Positions 8,264 through 15,944 of a DNA stretch of 35,565 nucleotides are shown piece after piece. This DNA comes from a virus (Duplodnaviria > Caudoviricetes): positions 1 to 35,565 of IMG/VR virus record IMGVR_UViG_3300032227_000133; one strand, 5' to 3'. Each line of letters starts with the position of its first letter. Position 1 is the first letter of the stretch. Position numbers and translations under genes: made by a program. Below the pieces are notes generated by a model. The model was not told the DNA's origin. It made no database searches and saw only the letters and a list, made by a program, of their open reading frames with translations.

Positions 8264-9075
8264 ACTAGCATCTCCTGTTGAGTATGGTCTTTAATAGTAT
8301 CTTCTAAGTGCATCTTTGCTGGGTCAAAAGATAGGGTAATGTAAGTTGCGCCTGTTGGGTCAGCCTTACCGTATCTATTCTTGACTGGTGCAACGCATAG
8401 ATATGAATCTACACCCTGCATCATCTGCCCTACTGTTAGTACCATAGCAGGAATCTGTGCAACCTTGCCCTGCAATGCAGAACGTGGTTGACATGGATAC
8501 CCTGGCGCACCCTCTTGTGTGTGGTGCAAAACAAGAACTGCTGCGTTGGTATCACGTGCTAAATATTTTAACTCTTTCATAACTGCACGCATACCAGCAA
8601 ACTCTTCGTGTCCGTCAATGGCTATGTCCATAAGATTGTCTACAACTATAAGTGTAGGGCTTCTGCCCCACATAGTTTCAAATGCAGATACTTCTTCATC
8701 TAAATCTTTAAGCGTAGGAGATGGCTCGAATGACCAGTACATACCAGAGAACTCACGTAAGTAATGTTCTGCTGATTCTGGTTTGGTTTTAATCATGTAC
8801 TCAGCATCTTGCTGAGTTATTTTGGCTTTCATAGCAAGCAAACGCATTGCCATAGTATGTGCATTGGTATCGGCAGAGAAGTATAAGGTTGGTTGTTTTA
8901 GTCTTGCTGCGATATGCAATGCAATAGATGACTTACCTGCGCCTGGAGTACCTGCTATGACGGTGACTTCTGCTCTGCGCAGAATAATTCCTTCACGTTG
9001 GAAAGCCTGAAAAGGTGGGGGTAATGGTTCTCCCCCCACCTCTGGCTTACCGATACTTCGGCGAAGTGTTTTCAT
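8260..9075 (-). CDS. DnaB-like helicase (ATPase domain only)
   Basis: Walker A GTPGAGKS, Walker B LIVVD, ELKYLAR, VKNRYG arginine finger. Confidence 0.88.
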   Translation of the reverse strand: MKTLRRSIGKPEVGGEPLPPPFQAFQREGIILRRAEVTVIAGTPGAGKSSIALHIAARLKQPTLYFSADTNAHTMAMRLLAMKAKITQQDAEYMIKTKPESAEHYLREFSGMYWSFEPSPTLKDLDEEVSAFETMWGRSPTLIVVDNLMDIAIDGHEEFAGMRAVMKELKYLARDTNAAVLVLHHTQEGAPGYPCQPRSALQGKVAQIPAMVLTVGQMMQGVDSYLCVAPVKNRYGKADPTGATYITLSFDPAKMHLEDTIKDHTQQEMLV

Positions 9076-9546
9076 TTATGCCTTTGTTTGGTCGGCTGTG
9101 AATGTAGCAAACTCTGGTGAACCTGCTTTGACATATACAGTCGTGCACTTGGTTGGGTCGCCTTGCTTGGCAGGACAGAAGTGTCCTTTGTATGGACCAA
9201 ACTTACCTGTTAGTCCGTGGATGCGTGTCATTGTACCGTGTGGGCACTGGCGTGCGCCTGCACCTGGAGATACAAATGCTGGTGGTCCTGCTTGTACTGG
9301 TGTCTCTGCAACTACAGTCGCACCTAGTTGTGTGGCAAGCATGCCTACTACTGGGTTAGATGGTACTGCTGCATTGACTTGTCCTGTACCACGTACTGCT
9401 GCTTCTAATTCTGTAGTTGCAGATGCAAGTGATGCCAGTGTTAGCGCAACGGTTTGGTCTAGTTCTTCTGCGTTAGACGCACGAACTGTAATGAGTGAAC
9501 CTGCTGGTGATTTAACTGTGATACTGATTGGTGCTTCTGTATGCAT
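9076..9546 (-). CDS. Hypothetical protein with C-terminal zinc finger
   Basis: AAGGAG RBS; CPHG...FCP...C. Confidence 0.7.
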   Translation of the reverse strand: MHTEAPISITVKSPAGSLITVRASNAEELDQTVALTLASLASATTELEAAVRGTGQVNAAVPSNPVVGMLATQLGATVVAETPVQAGPPAFVSPGAGARQCPHGTMTRIHGLTGKFGPYKGHFCPAKQGDPTKCTTVYVKAGSPEFATFTADQTKA

Positions 9547-9658
9547 TTTTCTCCTTGATAGTGGTGATTACTCCACAACTAGTGCAAACATACTCTGTTG
9601 CTCTAGTTATGTATTGGTAGAAGATAATGTTCATGCTTATGCAACTAGTGCATAGCAT
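9512..9658 (-). CDS. Small zinc-ribbon peptide, 48 aa
   Basis: MLCTSC...YVCTSCG...*; starts immediately after the nuclease stop. Not in the ORF track. Confidence 0.5.
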   Translation of the reverse strand: MLCTSCISMNIIFYQYITRATEYVCTSCGVITTIKEKNAYRSTNQYHS

Positions 9659-10429
9659 TTAGTTTATTTTTTCTACTAATGTTTTCTTTGTATCTCTGAA
9701 CGCACGAACTTTCATTGCTAGTTCTATGCCTTTCCATCCTTGTTTGATGTCAACAAAATGTAGTTCACATTTACCACTGCCTGCTGGCAGATGGACAATG
9801 ATTCCCTTCTCTTGATTAACACCACCCCAAGCGCCACGGGTTGCCGTAGCGGGGTCATACGGCAAGCCGTGTGCATACACCGCTAACTGCATAGCAATCT
9901 TGTTGGGGTAGGAAATACTACCAGTCTTTAGGTCAGAGATAAACAACTCTCCTTTGTATTCAACAACACGGTCAGGTGTGCCAGCAATCTTGTACTTGTC
10001 CAGTACACAGAACTGCTCAATAAATACATTTTTAAAGTTCTTAGTTGCTTCTGCATATGCTTGTATATCTGCGACATAATCTTCTGGTATAACACCGAGG
10101 TCTTCACCTCTGTCATGCTTTTCTGTCAATGTATGTATGGCTGTACCAATAGTTGCTTGCTTGGTTGCACCTGCTGCTTCCATCGCATCTTCAACTAACT
10201 TGTCCATCTCTAATTTGTTATCTCTATTTGCTGATGCAGCAAGCAACAGGTCGGGTCGCAGTGTTAATCCTGCTGCTGCCATACGTAACTTCCATGCTAC
10301 TAGTGCAGTGCCATCATCTAATGAACCTGCAACTGTAGTGGTACGTGTATACGGTACTGGCTTGCCACCTTTTGGTGGCACAACCATAGGTCGTCCGTAT
10401 CTATCTCTGGGTACTTCTACTTCCGACAT
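9659..10429 (-). CDS. PD-(D/E)XK exonuclease (RecB/Cas4-like)
   Basis: GTAIH, IAGTPDRV, ISDLKTG, QLAVYA; start reassigned to MSEVEV after AAAGGAGA. Confidence 0.85.
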   Translation of the reverse strand: MSEVEVPRDRYGRPMVVPPKGGKPVPYTRTTTVAGSLDDGTALVAWKLRMAAAGLTLRPDLLLAASANRDNKLEMDKLVEDAMEAAGATKQATIGTAIHTLTEKHDRGEDLGVIPEDYVADIQAYAEATKNFKNVFIEQFCVLDKYKIAGTPDRVVEYKGELFISDLKTGSISYPNKIAMQLAVYAHGLPYDPATATRGAWGGVNQEKGIIVHLPAGSGKCELHFVDIKQGWKGIELAMKVRAFRDTKKTLVEKIN

Positions 10430-10448
10430 ACTTCTCCTTTGATTAAGT

Positions 10449-10499
10449 AACCAGCAGGGGTAGGACAAGGAGAGAGCCAAAACCTACCGCCCACTGGTT
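10449..10499 (-). promoter_or_regulatory. 5'-leader hairpin with an anti-SD loop
   Basis: Minus strand AACCAGUGGGCGGUAGG-loop(UUUUGGCUCUCUCCUUGU)-CCUACCCCUGCUGGUU upstream of RBS AAAGGAGA. Confidence 0.55.
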
Positions 10500-10505
10500 G
10501 TCCCC

Positions 10506-10514
10506 ATCATAGCA
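10506..10514 (-). promoter_or_regulatory. Putative extended -10 promoter element TGcTATGAT
   Basis: Intergenic; predicted +1 near 10499 coincides with the leader hairpin start; no clear -35. Confidence 0.4.
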
Positions 10515-10524
10515 TAGGTGACGA

Positions 10525-10899
10525 CTATGCATTGATGTCATGCCCGCAATGCGGACAAAGTTTTTCTCGTTTCTTATACGTTACATGCTTAACATGCTCT
10601 TTATAGTTTTGGTGTACATAAATTTTACACCTATTACGTGCACTATACAAGCGTACTATTGCGCCCGACTGGTGTAATACTGATAGCACGCCACTTGCTG
10701 TACCGTGATGCCAGCCTGTTTGTGTGGCTAACTCTTTCCAAGTTAGCCCTAATTCACCTGCTTGTTTTAACATACGTAACGCTAACTGCTGGTTGTTTTC
10801 TTCCCGACCAGAGTAAATATTATCTAGCGCTCTCTGCTGAGATGTATCCGTACCTGACCAGCCAGCAGTACCGTTGTATGGTACATAGGCTGAACTCAT
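10525..10899 (-). CDS. Winged-HTH-like protein with C-terminal CxxC
   Basis: GLTWKELATQTGWHHGTASGVLSVLHQSGAI; CPHCG. Confidence 0.7.
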   Translation of the reverse strand: MSSAYVPYNGTAGWSGTDTSQQRALDNIYSGREENNQQLALRMLKQAGELGLTWKELATQTGWHHGTASGVLSVLHQSGAIVRLYSARNRCKIYVHQNYKEHVKHVTYKKREKLCPHCGHDINA

Positions 10900-11048
10900 T
10901 GGTTATACACTTCAAGAGGAAGTGACCATGTATCTGACCATCCATGCAGTTTGCGTTTAAGATAAATCTTTCCATCTGCTTGTATTTCAACCAAAAAATA
11001 CTCATCTTCTTCCTGAAAGATTTGTTTAGTAATCACTGGTGTCTGCAT
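10896..11048 (-). CDS. Hypothetical protein, 50 aa
   Basis: MQTPVITKQIFQEEDEYFLVEIQADGKIYLKRKLHGWSDTWSLPLEVYNQ*; TAATG and ATGA overlaps at its ends. Not in the ORF track. Confidence 0.65.
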   Translation of the reverse strand: MQTPVITKQIFQEEDEYFLVEIQADGKIYLKRKLHGWSDTWSLPLEVYNQ

Positions 11049-11467
11049 TAGTTGTCTTCTTCTACATCATGTATTTCAATTTGGTCTACATCCATGTCGG
11101 CTGACCAGTTAGAGATTTCAGTATTTTCTGTAATAATATCTTCAATCTCATCTTCATCTTCTACTTCAATACTAAATGAACCTGTGATTGTAAAGGTTCC
11201 GTTGTACTTGGTAGTAAGTTTTGCTGCGCCGATACGTTCGAGTAAGTCATTGACTTCAGACTTGTTGACTGTCTGCTCACCGTCACTCCATTCACCTTCA
11301 CTGAAGAAGTCACGTACGTTGTTACGTAGGTCACGGAGTTCTTTTCGCTTGCTGTCAATGTCTTCTGCATATACGTTTAGTTCCTTAGACCTTGTTATAA
11401 AGTGCAGTACTTCTGCTTCGGTATAGTTTACAGTACCGTCTGTTGTTGTTACTTGGATTGTGTTCAT
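11048..11467 (-). CDS. Acidic hypothetical protein
   Basis: Start reassigned to MNTIQV after GAGAGGGA; very acidic C-terminus. Confidence 0.7.
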   Translation of the reverse strand: MNTIQVTTTDGTVNYTEAEVLHFITRSKELNVYAEDIDSKRKELRDLRNNVRDFFSEGEWSDGEQTVNKSEVNDLLERIGAAKLTTKYNGTFTITGSFSIEVEDEDEIEDIITENTEISNWSADMDVDQIEIHDVEEDN

Positions 11468-11490
11468 GTTTCCCTCTCGTTGTTTGTGTG

Positions 11491-11610
11491 TGTCCCGTGT
11501 GCGTACATGGCGGGACCACCCATGTTCCGTCCACCATTTTACAATGGTGTCACGCAATGGCATAAACTACCTGCATCTCGGTCCCCATGCAAAGAACCTT
11601 ACGCTGGTTC
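11491..11610 (-). ncRNA. Candidate structured cis-regulatory RNA (three-way junction plus pseudoknot)
   Basis: Stems GAACC/GGUUC, UGCAU/AUGCA, UGCGU/ACGCA, CACCAUU-GUAA-AAUGGUG, CAUGG/CCAUG; loop GUCCCG complementary to downstream CGGGAC. Confidence 0.55.
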
Positions 11611-11611
11611 A

Positions 11612-12643
11612 CTATGCCAAGATTAAATCAAGGGCTTTATCCTTGATGCGGTCATTGCGTCCGCTGATGGTGGCGATTGCACGGCGGTCAGAGCCACCAG
11701 AAGCATGATGGTCTGCATGTTCAATGACTGCTTGCCATGCACCAAAGGCTGTGCCTCTAATGTTTTCTTGTGTAGGTGACTGGTTGTAGATATTCCATGC
11801 AGAGTCACGTCCATTGAGTGCAATGGTACGTTGACGGCGCTGCCCTTGTGATAACAAGTGGTCAGGTGCTTCTTCAATCTCTGATGGTAATGCCCATACA
11901 GACTTGAAGATGTTGCGTACTTGACGGTCATCAACTTTACGTTGCAATAGCGTACCCGCTACTGTTTCATACTGTTGAATAGAATCATAAGTTAACTGAG
12001 TGATGTTACGAATGTCTTGCATTGACAACTCAGAGTTTGTAGTGTGTTTCATAACATAGGTGTAAGCGTTCTTATGCTTGCCTTTGATGATGCGATTGAT
12101 TTGATTCATGCAATATAAACGCTCAATGATAGGGCGAATACGAACTGCGCATGAACCATCATGTGATGACTGCACTAATAAAAATGCAGCGTGTGGGTCA
12201 TTGGCTACCTGTATACCAATAGGTAATTCCATAACCATCCAGATGTTAGCACCGTTGTTGTACTCACCTGCTGCTGTATAGCGTGCTTCACCTGAGTCAA
12301 CCAGTGTATCTAGTGCAGAGAATACTTCCATGTTCTGCACAATCTTGTACTTGTCACCGACTACACCAATAACTTCATTGTTGTTTTCTTTGCTAAGTTT
12401 AATAACAGCCTGTCGTTTAGGTACAGGATAGTGGTCGGTCACTGTCTCATACTCATTGACCTTATTAGAAACAACTGCTTCCATATCTGCAAGCATTACA
12501 TTCCAGTCAAGACCAGCCTGTCGTGCTGCTTCTGATGCAGACCCTGCGTTAACCGCAGTGCCTGCTTGTACCCAAGACTGTTTGTTCATCTTGGCTACAA
12601 CTTTATTATTATATTCTTCGCTAACTTGTAGCATTGCTCTCAT
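11612..12643 (-). CDS. DUF932 family phage/plasmid protein
   Basis: AGLDWNV, GVVGDKYKIVQN, SHDGS, RLYCMNQ, KHT, GTAFGAWQAVIEHADH. Confidence 0.85.
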   Translation of the reverse strand: MRAMLQVSEEYNNKVVAKMNKQSWVQAGTAVNAGSASEAARQAGLDWNVMLADMEAVVSNKVNEYETVTDHYPVPKRQAVIKLSKENNNEVIGVVGDKYKIVQNMEVFSALDTLVDSGEARYTAAGEYNNGANIWMVMELPIGIQVANDPHAAFLLVQSSHDGSCAVRIRPIIERLYCMNQINRIIKGKHKNAYTYVMKHTTNSELSMQDIRNITQLTYDSIQQYETVAGTLLQRKVDDRQVRNIFKSVWALPSEIEEAPDHLLSQGQRRQRTIALNGRDSAWNIYNQSPTQENIRGTAFGAWQAVIEHADHHASGGSDRRAIATISGRNDRIKDKALDLILA

Positions 12644-12779
12644 CCTTTTCTACGAACATCCAGCGTTTAAACTTTAAACCTGGATATAACTGGCATGCAT
12701 CTTGTAGCAGCCAGATAGCAGTGTCATCATCACTTGCTTCTACTTGTATATCGCAAGTAACTTTATAGTATGTTTTCAT
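12621..12779 (-). CDS. Hypothetical protein, 52 aa
   Basis: MKTYYKVTCDIQVEASDDDTAIWLLQDAC...; TAATG coupling to the upstream gene. Not in the ORF track. Confidence 0.55.
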   Translation of the reverse strand: MKTYYKVTCDIQVEASDDDTAIWLLQDACQLYPGLKFKRWMFVEKDESNATS

Positions 12780-13216
12780 TAGTACCAACCATTCTTACGC
12801 CAATGCGCCCAAGCAATTGATGGCAGGTCGTATCGGTGAACGATATACTCCAGCCCCTTCGCAATTTGCAGGGGGGCTGGGGTCTCAGGATTTGTGTTAA
12901 GCACTTGTGCTACACCAAATGCACTAGAGGTAGGATTGTCTGCTGTGTGGTCCCATGCAGATTCTTTACCCCATAATTTGTTTAGTGCTGACCACTCATT
13001 GCGTCCCCACTTAGGATAAGTTTCTTTTATATATGCTTTAGTGTATGCCTTGAGTGTAAACTTATTCCATACATGGATTAACTTTACTTCTTTCTTTGGT
13101 TCTAATGGTGGTTGATTACTTAGTGCATGTGCCTTAATAGGGATACCAATCAGGGAAGCAACTGATAGCATAAGGCTCATGCTTATAGATAGATAGTATT
13201 TTATTTGCTGCTGCAT
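12779..13216 (-). CDS. Secreted lysozyme-fold lytic transglycosylase-like protein
   Basis: N-terminal signal/TM segment; KESAW..ADNPTSSAFGVAQ...QIAKGLEYIVHRY..P..AW.HW..NGWY as in actinobacterial SLT/APF-like domains. Confidence 0.8.
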   Translation of the reverse strand: MQQQIKYYLSISMSLMLSVASLIGIPIKAHALSNQPPLEPKKEVKLIHVWNKFTLKAYTKAYIKETYPKWGRNEWSALNKLWGKESAWDHTADNPTSSAFGVAQVLNTNPETPAPLQIAKGLEYIVHRYDLPSIAWAHWRKNGWY

Positions 13217-13225
13217 ACTTGTCCT

Positions 13226-13357
13226 TTACTCTTCGTCTCCATACATACGGTCAGGTTCTCCGCTGTCGCACTCACATGAGTGTATAAAGTTACTGCATAC
13301 ATCACACTCATCCTTCAGTGCAATGTCATCACCATCTAGCCATTGTGGTTCGCTCAT
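13226..13357 (-). CDS. Small acidic Cys-rich peptide, 43 aa
   Basis: AAGGA RBS; MSEPQWLDGDDIALKDECDVCSNFIHSCECDSGEPDRMYGDEE*. Confidence 0.6.
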   Translation of the reverse strand: MSEPQWLDGDDIALKDECDVCSNFIHSCECDSGEPDRMYGDEE

Positions 13358-13366
13358 ATTATTTCC

Positions 13367-13723
13367 TTACCAACTAGCCTGATACTCAAACTGAGCATCA
13401 TCTACTGTTTCATCTATGATTGTATTTAGTTTCTCAAGTGTATCTTTAATGTCTTGCCAGTACCAGTCATCTACTTCTGTACTGCCGAAGAAGAATCCAC
13501 TAACAGGGGGCAGCAGTTCTAGTGCTGTCTCTTGAGTGCCTTCATCTATTACTTTTTGGCAGTCATCTCGTAACTGAACAATGTCCATCTTTGTAAGATG
13601 AATAGGTGTGCAGTCATCTACTGCACCAGCGTTGCTGATAATCCAACCATGAATAGCATTAGCCTTGCGCCAGTATGCTACTTCATGTGTTTGTTTTTCA
13701 TATAGATACATGTCTAGCCCCAT
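13367..13723 (-). CDS. Conserved phage hypothetical protein
   Basis: MGLDMYL...YWRKANAIHGW...LLP..SGFFFGS..YQASW, a widespread phage family. Confidence 0.8.
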   Translation of the reverse strand: MGLDMYLYEKQTHEVAYWRKANAIHGWIISNAGAVDDCTPIHLTKMDIVQLRDDCQKVIDEGTQETALELLPPVSGFFFGSTEVDDWYWQDIKDTLEKLNTIIDETVDDAQFEYQASW

Positions 13724-13725
13724 GA

Positions 13726-13905
13726 TTACTCCTTTACTAGTTCTCTTTCGTCAGACATAACTCTACCTCTGCGTGTTTTAACACCACGATTAGTTAGATA
13801 TGCGTCATACAATTCTTTGTATTCTTCATAGTATTTGTTAGCAAGAAATGATTGAGCATAACTTGCAGCCCTAGCACGTATTTTCATGACTTCATCATTA
13901 GTCAC
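13726..13905 (-). CDS. Hypothetical protein
   Basis: Helical ~59 aa ORF; GTG start chosen to minimise overlap. Confidence 0.55.
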   Translation of the reverse strand: MTNDEVMKIRARAASYAQSFLANKYYEEYKELYDAYLTNRGVKTRRGRVMSDERELVKE

Positions 13906-14140
13906 GGTCAATACCTGCATCTTCTGGGTCGCCTGGTACAGGTACACTAGTACCTGGCACTGACTCAATAGTTACTTGCTTGGATGACTTGATGATTTCC
14001 ATAAACTCATCACCGTACTCATCAGCCAAGCGTTTGAGTGCGGCTAGTTCAATACTTTCTTGGTCATCTGTCTCATCCATTATGATTGTAGTTACTAATA
14101 CAAAGTGGTCATGCATAAACAGTACGTCATAGTTAGTCAT
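13898..14140 (-). CDS. Acidic hypothetical protein
   Basis: GGAGG RBS before MTNYDV. Confidence 0.65.
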   Translation of the reverse strand: MTNYDVLFMHDHFVLVTTIIMDETDDQESIELAALKRLADEYGDEFMEIIKSSKQVTIESVPGTSVPVPGDPEDAGIDRD

Positions 14141-14636
14141 TGCTATTTCCTCCAAAGATACCTGCTGTTACTTTAGGGTGTAGTTCTGCACGCATTGCAG
14201 CAAATGATGCTGGCTCCCAACCTGACCTGAACACACGGTTCAACAGGATTGCCAGCGAGTAGTCATGTTGTGCATTACTTAGGGTAAGGAATGCATCTGC
14301 TGTGTTACCTACTTCGTAGTATAACCCTGCAAGTATAGACGCTGGTGCGTTGATGTACGTTGTATCTGTTGGTGCTTTTTCTAATAGGTGTGCAAGCGCA
14401 GGTATAAGTGTATCTGCCTTGCTTACATCTATCAAGCCTAGTGCGTAGTCACGTACCTGTATATCTGTTAGATAATACAGGACATTGACTACAACCTCAT
14501 CATCTTGTTCTGTACTTGATGATGCAAAGTACTGCTCAACTAGGCGTGCGCCTACACGTTGGACAGACTGTTCTTTATTGTCTACTAGCGTACCCAGTTC
14601 TACTAGGTGGTCATTGATGGTCATTGTTAGTGTCAT
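14133..14636 (-). CDS. DUF4192-like helical protein
   Basis: LTDIQVRD...APASILAGLYYEVG...A...L..A..DYSLAILL; AAGGAG RBS. Confidence 0.6.
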   Translation of the reverse strand: MTLTMTINDHLVELGTLVDNKEQSVQRVGARLVEQYFASSSTEQDDEVVVNVLYYLTDIQVRDYALGLIDVSKADTLIPALAHLLEKAPTDTTYINAPASILAGLYYEVGNTADAFLTLSNAQHDYSLAILLNRVFRSGWEPASFAAMRAELHPKVTAGIFGGNSND

Positions 14637-14647
14637 TTGTTCTCTCC

Positions 14648-14827
14648 TTAGAATGGACGTGGACTGTGGTAGTTACGGCATTGTTCTACTTGTCGCTTGT
14701 TCTGCGCTCGTAGATTTCTGTTTTGTCTGAGCAGGTCACGGTTAGCACGTGCTGTCAGTAGTATCAGTGTGATTGATGTTGTCAGTGCAATCATAATTGC
14801 ACCTATATCTAGTACTGAGAAATACAT
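14648..14827 (-). CDS. Small membrane protein, 59 aa
   Basis: AAGGAG RBS; N-terminal TM helix then a basic coiled coil. Not in the ORF track. Confidence 0.7.
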   Translation of the reverse strand: MYFSVLDIGAIMIALTTSITLILLTARANRDLLRQNRNLRAQNKRQVEQCRNYHSPRPF

Positions 14828-14901
14828 TGTCTCTCCTTGCTATGTAGGTTGATAGTTGATGACTTGTCCGTTGCTTTTGATTACCTTAAGCCCCTTGACA
14901 A

Positions 14902-14950
14902 TAAAAAAAACAGAGAGATGAGTGGCTCAGGGGAACCACCCACCTCCCTG
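14902..14950 (-). terminator. Rho-independent terminator after the SSB-like gene
   Basis: Minus strand CAGGGAGGUGGGUGG/CCACUCAUCUCUCUG (G-U pairs fit only this strand) followed by U8. Confidence 0.8.
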
Positions 14951-14959
14951 CCTTAGCGT

Positions 14960-15310
14960 TTAGTTTACGCTAACCTCAAACACTTCCAACTGCAACTGTG
15001 GTGCACGGCGTGATGCCTCTGCTACCTCTGGTCGGCGGTCAAAGCGTGTGATGAGACGACCCTTAAGTGTTACCGTCTGGGTCTCCTCATTACCTGCACG
15101 CATCTTATCTAGACCAACCAAGTCACCAACCGTAGAGTCATCTAACGCTACGATATTGATACCTGTTACGTAAACCGCACGGTCTGCTGTGCCATCTGGT
15201 AGACGTGAGTATGTGCGTTGGTTAAGCCAACCTGTTACTAACGTTCCCTTTGAACCTGTGAATGTGCGGATGTTCTTGATTGTACCTGTGATAGTTACTT
15301 CGTTTTGCAT
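14960..15310 (-). CDS. Single-stranded DNA-binding-like OB-fold protein
   Basis: MQNEVTITGTI...IVA...VTLKGRL.T pattern; lacks an acidic tail. Confidence 0.6.
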   Translation of the reverse strand: MQNEVTITGTIKNIRTFTGSKGTLVTGWLNQRTYSRLPDGTADRAVYVTGINIVALDDSTVGDLVGLDKMRAGNEETQTVTLKGRLITRFDRRPEVAEASRRAPQLQLEVFEVSVN

Positions 15311-15347
15311 CTGTTTCTCCTTGTTTCGTAGTTAGTTTATATGTGGA

Positions 15348-15379
15348 AGGTAGCCCTGCCGTAGGCAACAGGGCTACCT
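15348..15379. promoter_or_regulatory. Intergenic perfect inverted repeat
   Basis: AGGTAGCCCTG / CAGGGCTACCT, 11 bp arms, no U tract. Confidence 0.55.
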
Positions 15380-15388
15380 GGAACTTCT

Positions 15389-15880
15389 TTAGTTCACGAA
15401 CCTACTGATTTCTTGCATTAGTGATATGGATACTAGGTTATGTTCCAGTGGTGCATCGCAGCACTGGCAGTCGTTGAACATCTTAGGTGTAGTGAGATGG
15501 CAACTTGGGCAGATAATCTCACGTTGTGACTGTGTGTAGTCATCAAGTGTCCATAGATTATCAAGTTCACCACCGTCCTGTAGTAGTACGATTGGGAGTT
15601 TGAACTCATGTCGTTCGGTAACGATAGTTCCGTCAAGCAGTCTGGCTGGCTTGTTAAGTTCTGTAACTGGAGCCACCCAGTCATGTCCACTTGGCTCATC
15701 ATATGTAAGCCATTGAGCCTTGTACATGAGGTTCCCTTCAGACGCCGACTCATACACGGAGTCAGTGAGGCGGGCGTCTGCTGTTTCTACGCAGTCAACG
15801 CATAGCATTTCCTGTGCGATACATTCAGGACATACGTTGGAGATTGTGAGTGAGTCTTGTGTGTATGTTACTTCGTTCAT
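15389..15880 (-). CDS. First early gene, Cys-rich zinc-binding hypothetical
   Basis: AAGGA RBS; CPEC..CVDC at the N-terminus and CPSC..CQCC at the C-terminus. Confidence 0.7.
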   Translation of the reverse strand: MNEVTYTQDSLTISNVCPECIAQEMLCVDCVETADARLTDSVYESASEGNLMYKAQWLTYDEPSGHDWVAPVTELNKPARLLDGTIVTERHEFKLPIVLLQDGGELDNLWTLDDYTQSQREIICPSCHLTTPKMFNDCQCCDAPLEHNLVSISLMQEISRFVN

Positions 15881-15944
15881 CTGTTTATCCTTTTACTAGC
15901 GAGGTATCCACCTGATGTGAATACGCGTACAGAGATACTCCTAA

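Noticed and set aside
9577-9652. Direct repeat CAACTAGTGCA
   Set aside because: Explained by the duplicated CTSC motif in the micro-ORF.
9098-9655. 185 aa + strand ORF and the many other antisense or nested ORFs in the track
   Set aside because: Shadows of well-supported genes on the opposite strand or frame.
9659-10429. Cas4 as part of a CRISPR system
   Set aside because: No Fe-S cysteine set, cas neighbours or array; it is an ordinary phage exonuclease.
10820-11005. 61 aa track ORF MSIFWLK
   Set aside because: The alternative frame 10896-11048 has exact stop-start overlaps at both ends.
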